This document shows positions 54,016 through 64,000 of a stretch of 64,000 bases of DNA, one piece after another. Position 1 is the stretch's first letter. Every line of letters starts with the position of its first letter. The notes under the pieces are model-generated. The model had not been told where the DNA came from, did no database searches, and saw nothing but the letters and a program-made list of their open reading frames with translations. The position numbers were made by a program, and so were the translations under genes. Source of the stretch: Alphaproteobacteria bacterium (GTDB taxonomy: Bacteria > Pseudomonadota > Alphaproteobacteria > Caedimonadales > UBA9215); assembly GCA_009993885.1 (NCBI GenBank), contig JAACSN010000010.1, forward strand, positions 16,945-80,944. Reading direction: 5' to 3'.

Positions 54016-55364
54016 CGAACGACCTTGAGGGGCAGTCTTTGGGTAGCCAAGACTTTAGCCTCTCCAAGTTGAGCAATATGTGAATCATTTTCTAGGTAAA
54101 ACTCTAAATGCAAAGCATTTGCAGATGCCATTGTTTTTAAGAAATTTTGATCTAATGAAAATAAAGTTTCTCCTCGTGTAAATGAGGCCTTGGGATCAGG
54201 CAGTTTTAATCTGTACCCATTATCCTTAATTTTTAAGAACCCTTTTTGCTCAGCATTTAAGTAAATATCAATTTTTCCTTGCTTCGGAAGTCGCTCAATG
54301 GATTGATTTAGAAGGTTCGCAATTAAAAGCAACACTACGTTTTGATGAGGGCTTTTTAAATAAATATCGCAACCTTCAAAATGCGTTTGAATATTTATCC
54401 CTTTTTGGAAAACTTTTTGATAAAGGCTTGTAGTCGCTTTTTCCACACATTCCTTCAAAGTAAATTCGTCGGTATCTAATGTTGAAAGATTAAGTGATTG
54501 AAGCCCATCTAAGGTCTGATTGATTTTATCGATGAGCTCCTTCTGGGAAAAGGCCGGATCGTTGCTATCAAGCAGCTCTTTATATATTTTTATTTGTTCT
54601 ATTAAGGAAGAGTGGTGCTGAAATATATGGTTATGAATAGCTTCTTTCTGCTGATGCATCTCATTTGTCTTTTTATTATCCTGTAATAAGATTTTTTGTT
54701 TGTGGTCGTAGTCATCCAGAGCCTTCAATGTCCCCCTCTGAAAGAGGATATAAATTCCAAATAGCAAAAGGATAATAAGGAGGTGATCATAAATTGACTC
54801 ATCAAATAGGCTGAGCAACCTCTTTTTCATGTTTAAGGAGATATTAACTTCTAGACGATCTTGCAGTTTTTCGCTCACAATCATGTTATAGCCCAAATCT
54901 CTAACTTCTTCTGTAAAGCCATCTAAGGAGATAACGACAGTTAGTTTTCCGGTGAATAGGTTGTTAGTCCTCACTGTAGACAGAATCTCAATTTCATTGG
55001 ATTTGGAAAAAATTGGCAAAGTTTGTTGAGCCTTTGAAATGCCAATGGGGGTGATTTTATGATTTTCGTCAAGATAGCTGAGGGTTGAAATGAAGATTTT
55101 TTCTTTAGGGGAGAGTCCATGCTGCAATGTATTTCTGATCAGACTTAAGATCAAAGCGGGCTTATCCTGTATTGCTTTGTTCTCAATATACTGGCTCAGA
55201 GATTTTGAAATGGCCTTCCCGCTAATATAGGCATTTGTAATGTTTGCTTCAACTTTTTCCAAGCAATCTTGGTCTGACTTGTATGACTTAAGAAAGAACA
55301 GAAACAGCCATATGAAAAAAACTAAAAAAAGGCTCCCTATAAATTTACTTCTCAACGCTACCAA
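54012..55364 (-). CDS. Degenerate sensor histidine-kinase-like membrane protein
   Basis: Two TM helices flank a ~170-aa extracytoplasmic region. His-rich DHp-like helix (EAIHNHIFQHHSSLIEQ). N-box-like LLLIANLLNQSIE and G1-like IKDNGY, but no clear G2 box. Start codon is TTG (uncertain). Confidence 0.55.
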   Translation of the reverse strand: MVALRSKFIGSLFLVFFIWLFLFFLKSYKSDQDCLEKVEANITNAYISGKAISKSLSQYIENKAIQDKPALILSLIRNTLQHGLSPKEKIFISTLSYLDENHKITPIGISKAQQTLPIFSKSNEIEILSTVRTNNLFTGKLTVVISLDGFTEEVRDLGYNMIVSEKLQDRLEVNISLNMKKRLLSLFDESIYDHLLIILLLFGIYILFQRGTLKALDDYDHKQKILLQDNKKTNEMHQQKEAIHNHIFQHHSSLIEQIKIYKELLDSNDPAFSQKELIDKINQTLDGLQSLNLSTLDTDEFTLKECVEKATTSLYQKVFQKGINIQTHFEGCDIYLKSPHQNVVLLLIANLLNQSIERLPKQGKIDIYLNAEQKGFLKIKDNGYRLKLPDPKASFTRGETLFSLDQNFLKTMASANALHLEFYLENDSHIAQLGEAKVLATQRLPLKVVR

Positions 55365-55513
55365 CCTGTTTATTTTGATAGAGCTGCTTTAAACAGCAAT
55401 ACCCTATCTTTTTGAAGCCTTAATTACCTTAATACATGATTTTATTTAATAAATAAAGCAAATTGAGCTAAGTGGGTAAGAGGTGAGAAAGAGTAAAATG
55501 AAATTCTTTCTTG

Positions 55514-55533
55514 TGCTTCCGATATGCTTCCGA
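55514..55533 (+). promoter_or_regulatory. Candidate integrase arm-type sites (2 x TGCTTCCGA, 11-bp phasing)
   Basis: Same motif, orientation and spacing as at 9043-9061. Lies 41-60 bp inside the tRNA-proximal att repeat. Confidence 0.35.
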
Positions 55534-55573
55534 AGATGTTTTGGTTTCTTTTAGAAAAACCCGCAAACCGTTT

Positions 55574-55656
<83 letters not shown>

Positions 55657-55773
55657 CAAAAAAATATTTTTCTTTCAATACGGAAAAATAAGATTGGAAA
55701 TTGTATCTCTTGTTTAGCAAAACAGTACCGAGCTGTCGATAAAAAAAACAAATTCCCTACAAAAAAGAATGCC

Positions 55774-57339
55774 CTAAGGCGCTTCTTTAATCTCAAGAAT
55801 CTGATGAACTTGGAAAATGATTTGTTTTTCAGCCAATTGACAATAGGCCTTAACACCTTGATAGGGCTGCCCCTGATAAGTCATTTCCTTTACTTCTTGA
55901 GGTTCTATGCGGCGCGCGGTTTTAATGCCGTTGCTTTGCAAGTAAATAATAGAGAGAGTTTTCTTTTGATCGGCGGCTTGACCTAAGATGTGCATTTTAT
56001 GATTAACGGGCAAGGTTTTATTGGCGACTTTGTATTGATGAGCCGTGAGAAACTCAACAACACGCGGATCTGTCCGGATATGCTTTTTTAATACGGGTTG
56101 GCGAAGACTTAGACCCTCAAGGGAAGTACAACGACTCAAAGCCACATAAGTTTGTCCCGAAGAAAAAACATTGTCTCCAAGATCAATGACCGCTTTATCA
56201 AAGGTTTTACCTTGACTTTTATGAACGGTAATACCCCAAGCAAGAGTCAAGGGATACTGTCTGAATCCGCCGGCAATTTCTGAAACAATACTTTCGTTTT
56301 TGAGTTTATAGTTATAAAGCTCCCACTTATAAGGGGTCACATTGGCTTTTCGACCGTTCTCGAGCTCGACTTGAACAATGGTTTCGTAATCGTCGGTATC
56401 TTGAAATATGCGTAAAACTCGCGCCATAGTCCCGTTGATCCATCGTTGTTTGGCGTCATTGTTAAGCATCATGACCTGAGACCCGATTTTAAGCTGTAAC
56501 TCTTTAGGAGCCGGCAAGTGCCCGTTATCAAAACTCCCCGATGTTATACCGTCAAAAAAGTGATATTTTCCCTCAAGGCGCTTAAGCTGTTCGTCATTAA
56601 TAGCTTGGGCGGCTTTGTTAGTGGGTGTAAGAAAGACGGACAGACCTTCATTACTTGGTTGAAGATCGGGGACATAACGCCTGTTTAAAATATCAAGCTG
56701 CCCTTGAGTGACGGTGTTATTGCGAACGGCATTCAGAATTTCGATAAACGTCGTGTCTTTTTGGCGATAAATTTGATCAAGTTCAACGAGAGTCAGATCG
56801 ATCTCGTTAAAAACGTTGGCGCTAAAAAAATAAGGGCTACTATAACGGGTTTGGAAAATTTCTCGCGCTTGGGTCGAGACAACGGGTGCCAACTGATAAA
56901 GATCTCCGAAGAAAATAAGCTGCAGCCCCCCAAAGGGCTTACTCGGATCTCTACCGTTTAAGCGCAAAAAGCGATCCATACAATCCATCAGATCTGCTCG
57001 TACCATGGAAATTTCATCAATAATTAAGGTATCAAGCTTTTGGTAGATGTTTTTTTTACCGTCGGGTTGTGCTTTTTGCTTTTTAATAGAACCGACGGTA
57101 ACATCGGGTTTAAAACGAAAGAAAGAATGAATGGTTTGACCTTTTACGTTGACTGCTGCAACGCCTGTCGGCGCAAGAACAACGATAGATTTTTGGGTAT
57201 GGTCGCGAAAATATTGTAAAAGAGTAGATTTTCCCGTACCCGCTTTACCCGTAATAAAGATATTTTGAGAGGAGCCGTCCATGAGTCGCAAAGCTTGCTT
57301 AAAGCTTTCATTCATTTCTAAAACAGGTGTATCGGTCAT
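55774..57339 (-). CDS. Pif1/RecD-like SF1 DNA helicase with extra C-terminal domain
   Basis: Walker A GKAGTGKST, Walker B LIIDEISMV, ITVHKSQG and YVALSR motifs. Confidence 0.8.
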   Translation of the reverse strand: MTDTPVLEMNESFKQALRLMDGSSQNIFITGKAGTGKSTLLQYFRDHTQKSIVVLAPTGVAAVNVKGQTIHSFFRFKPDVTVGSIKKQKAQPDGKKNIYQKLDTLIIDEISMVRADLMDCMDRFLRLNGRDPSKPFGGLQLIFFGDLYQLAPVVSTQAREIFQTRYSSPYFFSANVFNEIDLTLVELDQIYRQKDTTFIEILNAVRNNTVTQGQLDILNRRYVPDLQPSNEGLSVFLTPTNKAAQAINDEQLKRLEGKYHFFDGITSGSFDNGHLPAPKELQLKIGSQVMMLNNDAKQRWINGTMARVLRIFQDTDDYETIVQVELENGRKANVTPYKWELYNYKLKNESIVSEIAGGFRQYPLTLAWGITVHKSQGKTFDKAVIDLGDNVFSSGQTYVALSRCTSLEGLSLRQPVLKKHIRTDPRVVEFLTAHQYKVANKTLPVNHKMHILGQAADQKKTLSIIYLQSNGIKTARRIEPQEVKEMTYQGQPYQGVKAYCQLAEKQIIFQVHQILEIKEAP

Positions 57340-57609
57340 ATTGGTTTTGCATCGTTAAAGAATCACAAGGTTAACTTAACCCATTGTTGAGTCCGTTGCC
57401 TAGCCCTCTTTAGGGAGCTTTTAAAGACACAAGAACTTGCATGTTTTTAAAAAGTTTGTCATAATATGTATAGGTTCTTTTGGAATCTGTTGTTTTAATC
57501 CGGCTCGTGCTTCCGTTTAAAAGGCTTGCAGGATTAAGTTATTTAATGAAAATGGAATTTGAAAAGCGCCTTATGGGCTTTTGAAATTTGCAAAAGAAGG
57601 AATAGAATT

Positions 57610-59562
57610 ATGTCTAAAGTCATTGGAATCGACTTAGGAACTACAAACTCTTGTGTTTCCGTCATGGACGGCAAAGAAGCTAAAATCATCGAAAACGCCG
57701 AAGGTGTAAGAACAACACCGTCAATGGTTGCCTTTACAAAAGATGATGAAAAACTCGTTGGCCAAGCTGCCAAACGCCAAGCTGTTACAAACCCTGAAAA
57801 CACTCTTTTCGGTATTAAACGCCTTATCGGTCGAACATTTGACGACCCTGCTACACAAAAAGATATCGGCTTGGTTCCCTACAAAATTATTAAATCAAAA
57901 AGCAATGATGCTTGGGTTCAAGCAAACGGTAAAGAATACAGCCCCAGCCAAATTAGCGCGTTTATTCTTCAAAAAATGAAAGAAACCGCCGAAGCTTACT
58001 TAGGGGAAAAAGTCACACAAGCCGTTGTGACCGTGCCTGCTTACTTTAATGATGCCCAACGTCAAGCTACAAAAGACGCCGGAAAAATTGCCGGTCTCGA
58101 AATTTTACGTATTATCAACGAACCGACCGCGGCGGCACTTGCCTATGGTCTTGATAAAAACAAAACAGGCACAGTTGCTGTTTATGACCTTGGAGGCGGT
58201 ACGTTCGATGTGTCCATCTTGGAAATTGGCGATGGGGTTTTCGAAGTTAAATCAACCAACGGCGATACGTTCCTCGGCGGTGAAGATTTTGATCTTCATA
58301 TTATTGATTATTTAGCCGATGAATTTAAAAAAGAACACGGTATTGATCTTCGTCAAGATAATCTTGCATTGCAACGTTTGAAAGAAGGCGCGGAAAAAGC
58401 AAAGATTGAACTTTCCAGCGCCCAACAAACCGATGTTAATTTGCCCTTTATTACAGCCGATGCTTCGGGTCCCAAGCACCTTAATGTAACGCTATCTCGT
58501 TCAAAACTTGAAAATATCATTGACGATCTTATTAAGCGAACTGTCAAACCTTGTAAGGATGCCATTAAAGATTCGGGTCTTAAAGTCAGCGAAATTGATG
58601 AAGTGATTCTTGTTGGCGGCATGACCCGTATGCCGAAAATTATTGAAACCGTTAAGGAAATTTTTGGTCGTGAACCGCATCGTGGCGTAAACCCTGACGA
58701 AGTTGTTGCGATGGGCGCTGCAATTCAAGGCGGTATTTTACAAGGCGATGTTAAAGATGTTCTTTTGTTGGATGTTACGCCTCTTTCTCTCGGTATTGAG
58801 ACGCTCGGCGGTGTATTCACACGCTTGATAGATCGCAACACAACCATCCCTGCAAAGAAAAGCCAAACCTTTTCAACGGCCGATGATAATCAATCCGCTG
58901 TAACCATTCGTGTTTTCCAAGGAGAGCGTGAAATGGCTGCAGATAACAAAATTCTCGGGCAATTTGATCTTGTCGGTTTGCCTCCTGCTCCCCGTGGCGT
59001 GCCTCAAATCGAGGTAACCTTTGATATTGATGCGAACGGTATTGTGCATGTTTCCGCAAAGGATAAGGCCACCGGCAAAGAACAGCAAATTCGCATTCAA
59101 GCCTCCGGCGGCCTGGATGATGCTGAAATTGATAAAATGGTAAAAGATGCCGAGGCTCATGCGGAAGAAGATAAAAAACGCCGAGAAGCTATTGAAGCTA
59201 AAAACCAAGCCGAAGCTCTTGTGAATGCAACGGAAAAGCAACTTTCCGAACATGGCGATAAGCTTGAAGACGCTGATAAAACAGCCATTGAAAACGCCAT
59301 AACAGCTGTAAAAGAGGCCATGGAGAAAGAAGCCTTGGATGCGGCTGATGTAAAAGCGAAATCCGATGCTTTGATGCAAGTTTCTATGAAGCTCGGTGAG
59401 ATCCTTTATAGGGAGGCACAAGAGGCAGAAGCTGCGAATACTGACGGAGCCTCTTCTTCTGAGAGTGCCGATTCAAAGCCGGAGGATGCCGATATCGTTG
59501 ATGCAGACTATGAAGACGTCAAAGACGATGAAGAAAATGATGAAAAAAAAGCCGCTAAATAA
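57610..59562 (+). CDS. dnaK: Molecular chaperone DnaK (Hsp70)
   Basis: Start trimmed to [15 protein letters not shown] (GAAGG RBS). Canonical Hsp70 signatures throughout ([21 protein letters not shown]) and an acidic C-terminus. Confidence 0.97.
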   Translation: MSKVIGIDLGTTNSCVSVMDGKEAKIIENAEGVRTTPSMVAFTKDDEKLVGQAAKRQAVTNPENTLFGIKRLIGRTFDDPATQKDIGLVPYKIIKSKSNDAWVQANGKEYSPSQISAFILQKMKETAEAYLGEKVTQAVVTVPAYFNDAQRQATKDAGKIAGLEILRIINEPTAAALAYGLDKNKTGTVAVYDLGGGTFDVSILEIGDGVFEVKSTNGDTFLGGEDFDLHIIDYLADEFKKEHGIDLRQDNLALQRLKEGAEKAKIELSSAQQTDVNLPFITADASGPKHLNVTLSRSKLENIIDDLIKRTVKPCKDAIKDSGLKVSEIDEVILVGGMTRMPKIIETVKEIFGREPHRGVNPDEVVAMGAAIQGGILQGDVKDVLLLDVTPLSLGIETLGGVFTRLIDRNTTIPAKKSQTFSTADDNQSAVTIRVFQGEREMAADNKILGQFDLVGLPPAPRGVPQIEVTFDIDANGIVHVSAKDKATGKEQQIRIQASGGLDDAEIDKMVKDAEAHAEEDKKRREAIEAKNQAEALVNATEKQLSEHGDKLEDADKTAIENAITAVKEAMEKEALDAADVKAKSDALMQVSMKLGEILYREAQEAEAANTDGASSSESADSKPEDADIVDADYEDVKDDEENDEKKAAK

Positions 59563-59579
59563 GGCTTTTTAAAAATGTG

Positions 59580-59647
59580 CCCTTGGATGGTCTTTTTGTT
59601 TAGTGACGGGATGTAATTAAACAAGAACGAAACCAAGGGTTTTTTTT
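59580..59647 (+). terminator. Possible long imperfect hairpin/attenuator between dnaK and dnaJ
   Basis: cccttgg ... ccaaggg followed by T8. The loop is long (46 nt) with partial internal pairing. Confidence 0.35.
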
Positions 59648-59667
59648 ATTTCTATAGGATGATGCCC

Positions 59668-60825
59668 ATGTCTAAGCGTGATTATTATGAGGTTCTTGGT
59701 GCTCAAAAAGGGGCTTCTGCCGATGAGTTAAAAAAGGCTTATCGAAAATTAGCCATGAAATACCACCCCGATCAAAATCAGGGGGATGCGTCTGCGGAAA
59801 AAAAATTTAAAGAGCTTAATGAAGCTTATGAAGTTTTAAAAGATCCCCAAAAACGGGCAGCCTATGACCAACTCGGCCATAGTGCGTTTGACGGCTCCGG
59901 AGGCTTTGGCGGCGGTCGCTCGCATTCCGGTTTCCACGGTGGCGGCGCTGCCGGTTTTGGTGATATCTTTGAAGAAATGTTTGGCGATTTCATGGGCGGC
60001 GGCCAAACGGCTTCCGGGCGCTCTCGGGCGCAAAAAGGAAATGATTTGCGCTATGATCTGGACTTAAGCCTTGAAGAGGCTTTTTCCGGTATTCAAAAAA
60101 CTATTTCCATTAGAGCAGCCGTTTCCTGTGAGGATTGTAACGGAAGCGGTGCAAAAAAAGGTTCCGGTTCGACAACGTGTCCCCAATGTCACGGAGCCGG
60201 CGTTCAAAGAACACAGCAAGGTTTTTTTACTATGGAACGTCCGTGCTCGGCTTGTCAGGCAACCGGACAAATTATCAAAGATCCTTGCGTGACGTGCCAT
60301 GGTCAAGGCCGCACCATGAAGTCGCGAAAAATAAAAGTATCTGTTCCGGCAGGTGTCGAAGACGGTACCCGCATTCGCTTGACCGGTGAAGGAGAAGCAG
60401 GACTCCATGGAGCTCCGGCAGGAGATCTTTATGTTTTTATTTCTATTCAACCTCACCGTCTTTTCCGGCGTTCGGGAGAACACTTAAGTTTTCAAGTAAC
60501 CATTCCCATGGCAACAGCTATTATTGGCGGTGAGGTTGAAGTGCCCACCATTGAAGGCGGCAAGACAAAGGTTAAGATTCCGGAGGGAACTCAATCCGGT
60601 AAGCAGTTCCGTTTGAAGGAAAAGGGGATGAGCATTATGCGCCAGTCAAAACGCAGAGGCGACCTTTATATTAAGATTGATGTTGAAACACCTGTGAATT
60701 TGACCCTCAAACAAAAAGAGCTTATAAAGGAATTTGATACGCTTTCTAAAGAGCACAACAATAGCCCGAGCTCACAAAGTTTTTCAAAAAAACTAAAAGA
60801 TTTTTGGAAGACTTTTAAAGGTTAA
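59668..60825 (+). CDS. dnaJ: Co-chaperone DnaJ (J domain, G/F region, four CxxCxGxG zinc motifs, C-terminal domains)
   Basis: [11 protein letters not shown] ... [39 protein letters not shown]. The ATG at 59668 has the best AGGA spacing, but ATGs at 59659 and 59662 are possible. Confidence 0.95.
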   Translation: MSKRDYYEVLGAQKGASADELKKAYRKLAMKYHPDQNQGDASAEKKFKELNEAYEVLKDPQKRAAYDQLGHSAFDGSGGFGGGRSHSGFHGGGAAGFGDIFEEMFGDFMGGGQTASGRSRAQKGNDLRYDLDLSLEEAFSGIQKTISIRAAVSCEDCNGSGAKKGSGSTTCPQCHGAGVQRTQQGFFTMERPCSACQATGQIIKDPCVTCHGQGRTMKSRKIKVSVPAGVEDGTRIRLTGEGEAGLHGAPAGDLYVFISIQPHRLFRRSGEHLSFQVTIPMATAIIGGEVEVPTIEGGKTKVKIPEGTQSGKQFRLKEKGMSIMRQSKRRGDLYIKIDVETPVNLTLKQKELIKEFDTLSKEHNNSPSSQSFSKKLKDFWKTFKG

Positions 60826-60842
60826 AATCAAGGAATCTGCCA

Positions 60843-61682
60843 ATGAAATCGCTAACGGTAAGGAAAATCCTAAAATTAGGCATATTAGGATTTGCTATCT
60901 TTTCAGGATGGTACGTCGGATCGCGCCTTGAATTTGAGGATCCTTTTGCACCGTCTCCTCATTTTGAAGGAACCTATATGACGAAAGAGGCTATTCAAGA
61001 AGATCCTCTTCGGGCTATTAGTTTGACCCAAGACGCCGCAAAACAACAGTACGCTGCCTTTGCGAATTTAATAAAAATATTGGATCAAAACGGGATCGAT
61101 TATTGGATTACCTGCGGCACCTTACTTGGGGCTGTGCGCCATGAAGGCCTTATTCCCTATGATGACGACGTTGATATTTTTATAAAAGAAGCAGATACGA
61201 AAAAGCTTTTTGCCCTTAAATCAGACCTTAAAACAGTCGGACTCGGTATTTATCAAGATCGCCCGAGTATTAAGATTTACCAACTTAACGGTTCTCATGT
61301 GCGCCCTAAAAAGAAGAGCTTCAAAATTATGGACGGTCTTTGGTTTGTGCGCCGAAAGACCGAGCGCTTTCCCACTATCGATGTATATCCGACAAAAGAA
61401 GAAAACGGCCTGATCGTGCATGCCAATCGTCGGGCAAGACTTAACTTCTCTCATAAATATTACCGGGTTCAAGATGTCTTTCCCTTAAGGGGTTACCAAT
61501 TTGGCCCCTTGTACGTTAAGGGCCCTAACTTCCCTGATTTTCATTTGGAAAAAGCCTATGGCCCGAAATGGCGGGAAGAACTTGTTTATGTCGGAACTCA
61601 TATTGCCGGCGGTAATGAAAAACTTTTGATCCCTTTAACACCCGAGCTTGAAAAACGTTTGTTTCGTTTCGGCACTCCTTAA
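60843..61682 (+). CDS. LicD-family (phosphocholine/ribitol-phosphate type) transferase
   Basis: CGTLLGAVRHEGLIPYDDDVDIFI is the LicD nucleotidyltransferase-fold signature. N-terminal TM anchor. Confidence 0.8.
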   Translation: MKSLTVRKILKLGILGFAIFSGWYVGSRLEFEDPFAPSPHFEGTYMTKEAIQEDPLRAISLTQDAAKQQYAAFANLIKILDQNGIDYWITCGTLLGAVRHEGLIPYDDDVDIFIKEADTKKLFALKSDLKTVGLGIYQDRPSIKIYQLNGSHVRPKKKSFKIMDGLWFVRRKTERFPTIDVYPTKEENGLIVHANRRARLNFSHKYYRVQDVFPLRGYQFGPLYVKGPNFPDFHLEKAYGPKWREELVYVGTHIAGGNEKLLIPLTPELEKRLFRFGTP

Positions 61683-61700
61683 GGCAGAGTATAAATTACT

Positions 61701-62210
61701 ATGAGAAAATGGTTTGTTGCCCAAACTCAACCCGGTAAAGAAACACTTGCGGAATCCCATTTACGGCGGCAAAACTTTCAAATTTTCTTGCCTCTTTATC
61801 GCAAAACCGTTTCTCATGCTCGTCGCACCCAAGACGTCTTACGACCTCTTTTTCCCGGTTATATATTTGTGAATCTTGATCCGGATACGGATCGGTGGCG
61901 CTGCATTAACGGCACACGGGGGGTTTCTCATCTTCTAACCCAGGAAAATCATAAACCTCTTTCCGTACCGGAAGGAATCGTTGAAACCTTACAAAAAGAG
62001 CAAGAGCAACAAGGTGCCATTGCTCTGGGATCTCTTGCCGATGTTTTTAAAGAAGGAGATACAATTCGTATTACAAAGGGCGCTTTTGCAGATTATGTGG
62101 GAACGGTTGAGGCACTAAGTGATAAAGATCGGGTTCAACTTCTGCTTAATTTTATGAATCGCCCGTTAAAAATTAATGTGCCCCTTACCTCAATGGAGAA
62201 ATTGGATTAG
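61701..62210 (+). CDS. NusG-family paralog (RfaH-like operon-specific antiterminator)
   Basis: WFVAQTQPGKETLAESHLRRQNFQIFLP...LFPGYIFV (NGN domain) and a C-terminal KOW-like EGDTIRITKGAFADYVGTV. Confidence 0.8.
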   Translation: MRKWFVAQTQPGKETLAESHLRRQNFQIFLPLYRKTVSHARRTQDVLRPLFPGYIFVNLDPDTDRWRCINGTRGVSHLLTQENHKPLSVPEGIVETLQKEQEQQGAIALGSLADVFKEGDTIRITKGAFADYVGTVEALSDKDRVQLLLNFMNRPLKINVPLTSMEKLD

Positions 62211-62215
62211 AGCCT

Positions 62216-63313
62216 ATGCGTCTTTGTTTTATGATACACGCTTTAACGGCCGGCGGAGCAGAACGGGTTTTAAGTGAGCTGGCGAATCACTATGCCCGAA
62301 AAGGTACCCATGATGTTCACCTTATCACCTTTCAACCTGAAGGTGCGCCCTCTTTTTACCCTTTAGAGCCCTCTATTACCTTGCATCAACCGGGTTTAAA
62401 CCAAACGGGTCCGGGAGGATTGAGCAAAGTAAAAAGAATTCTCAAACGCCTTTATGCTATGAGAAAAATACTTAAAACCCTCAGGCCCCATAAAATTATT
62501 TCTTTTGTGGATGAAATGAATATTGCAACATTGCTGGCCGGTTTAGGCTTAAAAATCCCCGTTGTGATTTCAGAACGCATTGATCCTCGTTATCATAATA
62601 TAAATTTTATCAGTAAGATTTTAAGAAGATTTCTTTACCCTTTTTCCCATAAACTTGTTGTACAAGGAGAATATATTTCCTCCTTCTTTCCTTATTTAAA
62701 AAAACGTATCTCGGTCATTCCAAATTCTGTGCTTATGCAGCCCTCCAAAAAACAGTTAACAGGTAAATTAAGAAAAATAATTACAGTGGGGCGTTTAGCC
62801 TTTCAGAAAGATCATGAAACTCTCTTAAAAGCTTATGCAAAAACTCGAGAACAATTTCCTGATTGCTCGCTTGATTTTTATGGGGAGGGGCCGGAAAAAG
62901 ATATTTTAGAAGCTTTGGTGAAAGACTTAAAAATACGAGATAGTGTTATTTTTCAGGGCACTGCCAAGGACATTCAAAAAAAATTATTAAAAGCAGACCT
63001 CTTTGTATTTTCCTCTCGTTTTGAAGGATTTCCTAATGCTCTGGCGGAAGCAATGGCCGTCGGTTTGCCGGTCATTGCCTCAAATTGCGACGGTAATTTA
63101 GAGCTCGTTGAACACGAAAAAAATGCCCTTGTCTTTCCCGTTGGAGATGTTGATAAGCTTGCAGAACACCTGTCACTTTTGATGTCGCATTCCAAAAAAC
63201 GGGTACAACTGGGCAATGCTGCTCGCAACTCTATTAAAAGATTTGCACCGGAAAAAATCTATGAGATGTGGGATGAGATAATAGAGGATCAAAAGGGAGA
63301 GGAGCAAACATGA
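62216..63313 (+). CDS. Glycosyltransferase family 4 (GT-B fold)
   Basis: AGGAERV N-terminal motif and C-terminal EGFPNALAEAMAVGLPVIASN signature. Confidence 0.85.
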   Translation: MRLCFMIHALTAGGAERVLSELANHYARKGTHDVHLITFQPEGAPSFYPLEPSITLHQPGLNQTGPGGLSKVKRILKRLYAMRKILKTLRPHKIISFVDEMNIATLLAGLGLKIPVVISERIDPRYHNINFISKILRRFLYPFSHKLVVQGEYISSFFPYLKKRISVIPNSVLMQPSKKQLTGKLRKIITVGRLAFQKDHETLLKAYAKTREQFPDCSLDFYGEGPEKDILEALVKDLKIRDSVIFQGTAKDIQKKLLKADLFVFSSRFEGFPNALAEAMAVGLPVIASNCDGNLELVEHEKNALVFPVGDVDKLAEHLSLLMSHSKKRVQLGNAARNSIKRFAPEKIYEMWDEIIEDQKGEEQT

Positions 63314-64000
63314 AGCTTCTCTTTGTGATATCCTCCCTTGAAGCAGGCGGAGCAGAGCGCGTTTTAACACAACTGGCAACTCATTGGGCAGATAACAAGG
63401 GTCACGAAGTGCACATTGTGATCTTTCGCCCCCAAGGATCTTGCTCGTTTTACCCTTTGTCCTCAAAAATTACCGTTCACACTTTAGGAGACCTTAAACG
63501 TAACGGTGCTTCTTTTCTGTCTTGGATAAAGCGTTTTGTGTCGTCGCTCTGTTCCTTAAGATCTCTTGTTAAAAAGCTAAATCCGGATCATGTGATTTCT
63601 TTTGTTAACGTCATCAATATCGTGACTTTATTAACAACGGCGGGTTTAAAAAAATCTCGAATCATTTCAGAGCGGGTTGACCCTCGCCATCACAATATTA
63701 CTCTTTTGGGAAATTGTTTGAGGCGCGTTTTGTATCCCTTTGCAACAAAGCTGGTTGTGCAAGGCAATTATATAGCCTCCTATTTTCCTTACCTAAAAGG
63801 GCGAATCCATGTAATTCCAAACCCTATTTCAGTTCCCGATCGGGCTCTTTTAAAAAAAGAGTCTAAAAAACTGATTCACGTCGGACGATTAGCCCCTCAA
63901 AAAGCTCAAGATATTCTTCTTAAAGCCTTTGCTCGAGCCCTTGAAAGTGCCCCCGATTGGCACCTTGATCTTTATGGTCAAGGTGCGGAAAAAGAAGCTT
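63310..64000 (+). CDS. Glycosyltransferase family 4, paralog of the preceding gene (3'-truncated by the window end)
   Basis: ATGA overlap with the previous stop. MKLLFVISSLEAGGAERVLTQLATHW... is collinear with the 62216 product. The frame stays open to the window edge. Confidence 0.8.
   Translation, partial: MKLLFVISSLEAGGAERVLTQLATHWADNKGHEVHIVIFRPQGSCSFYPLSSKITVHTLGDLKRNGASFLSWIKRFVSSLCSLRSLVKKLNPDHVISFVNVINIVTLLTTAGLKKSRIISERVDPRHHNITLLGNCLRRVLYPFATKLVVQGNYIASYFPYLKGRIHVIPNPISVPDRALLKKESKKLIHVGRLAPQKAQDILLKAFARALESAPDWHLDLYGQGAEKEA

Noticed and set aside
57436-57465. Possible heat-shock (RpoH-type) promoter upstream of dnaK (CTTGCA-N18-CATAAT)
   Set aside because: The spacer and -10 do not fit the remembered sigma32 consensus well enough. 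Too speculative to list as a feature.
57543-59421. Antisense and off-frame ORFs within dnaK (e.g. 58873-59421, 58353-58622, 57728-57979, 58049-58315)
   Set aside because: They lie entirely within the unambiguous dnaK reading frame. These are shadow ORFs.

Overview
AT-rich alphaproteobacterial chromosome segment. By inference it comes from an intracellular Rickettsiales/Holosporales-like organism. The main feature is an apparently intact ~46.7 kb integrative conjugative element (ICE) at 8859-55627, inserted in tRNA-Lys(CUU). A 54-bp exact direct repeat of the tRNA 3' part bounds it. The ICE carries a P4-type tyrosine integrase, a Ti-type DNA-processing module (traC, traD, candidate oriT, and a 1699-aa relaxase-helicase-primase traA), and a complete, translationally coupled F-type mating-pair-formation operon (traL-E-K-B-V-C-W-U-trbC-traN-F-H-G plus coupling protein traD). 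It also has an AlpA/Xis-like gene opposite an XRE repressor. This is the architecture known as a Rickettsiales amplified genetic element (RAGE). Three cargo zones look like defence or accessory islands. Zone 1 (10.3-17.7 kb) holds AbiEi/AbiEii, a DUF45 zincin, SelO, a Nuc-type PLD nuclease coupled to an RNxxxH (HEPN-motif) protein, and orphan genes. Zone 2 (23.6-30.9 kb), downstream of traA, holds a 1166-aa UPF1/DNA2-like SF1 helicase with an unknown N-terminal domain, an AT-rich orphan gene, and a three-gene operon ending in an anti-phage-type dCTP deaminase. These cassettes are separated by two degenerate extra copies of the traA 3' end. Zone 3 (51.7-55.4 kb) holds a degenerate sensor-kinase-like protein coupled to a signal-peptide-bearing STAND NTPase-TPR protein. 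Flanking chromosome: yfgM-like/bamB, an IS30 remnant, a SulP permease and three secreted orphan proteins on the left. On the right are a Pif1-like helicase, dnaK-dnaJ, and a licD/NusG-paralog/glycosyltransferase locus. All family assignments come from motif recognition by eye. No searches were run. No rRNA genes or CRISPR arrays were seen.
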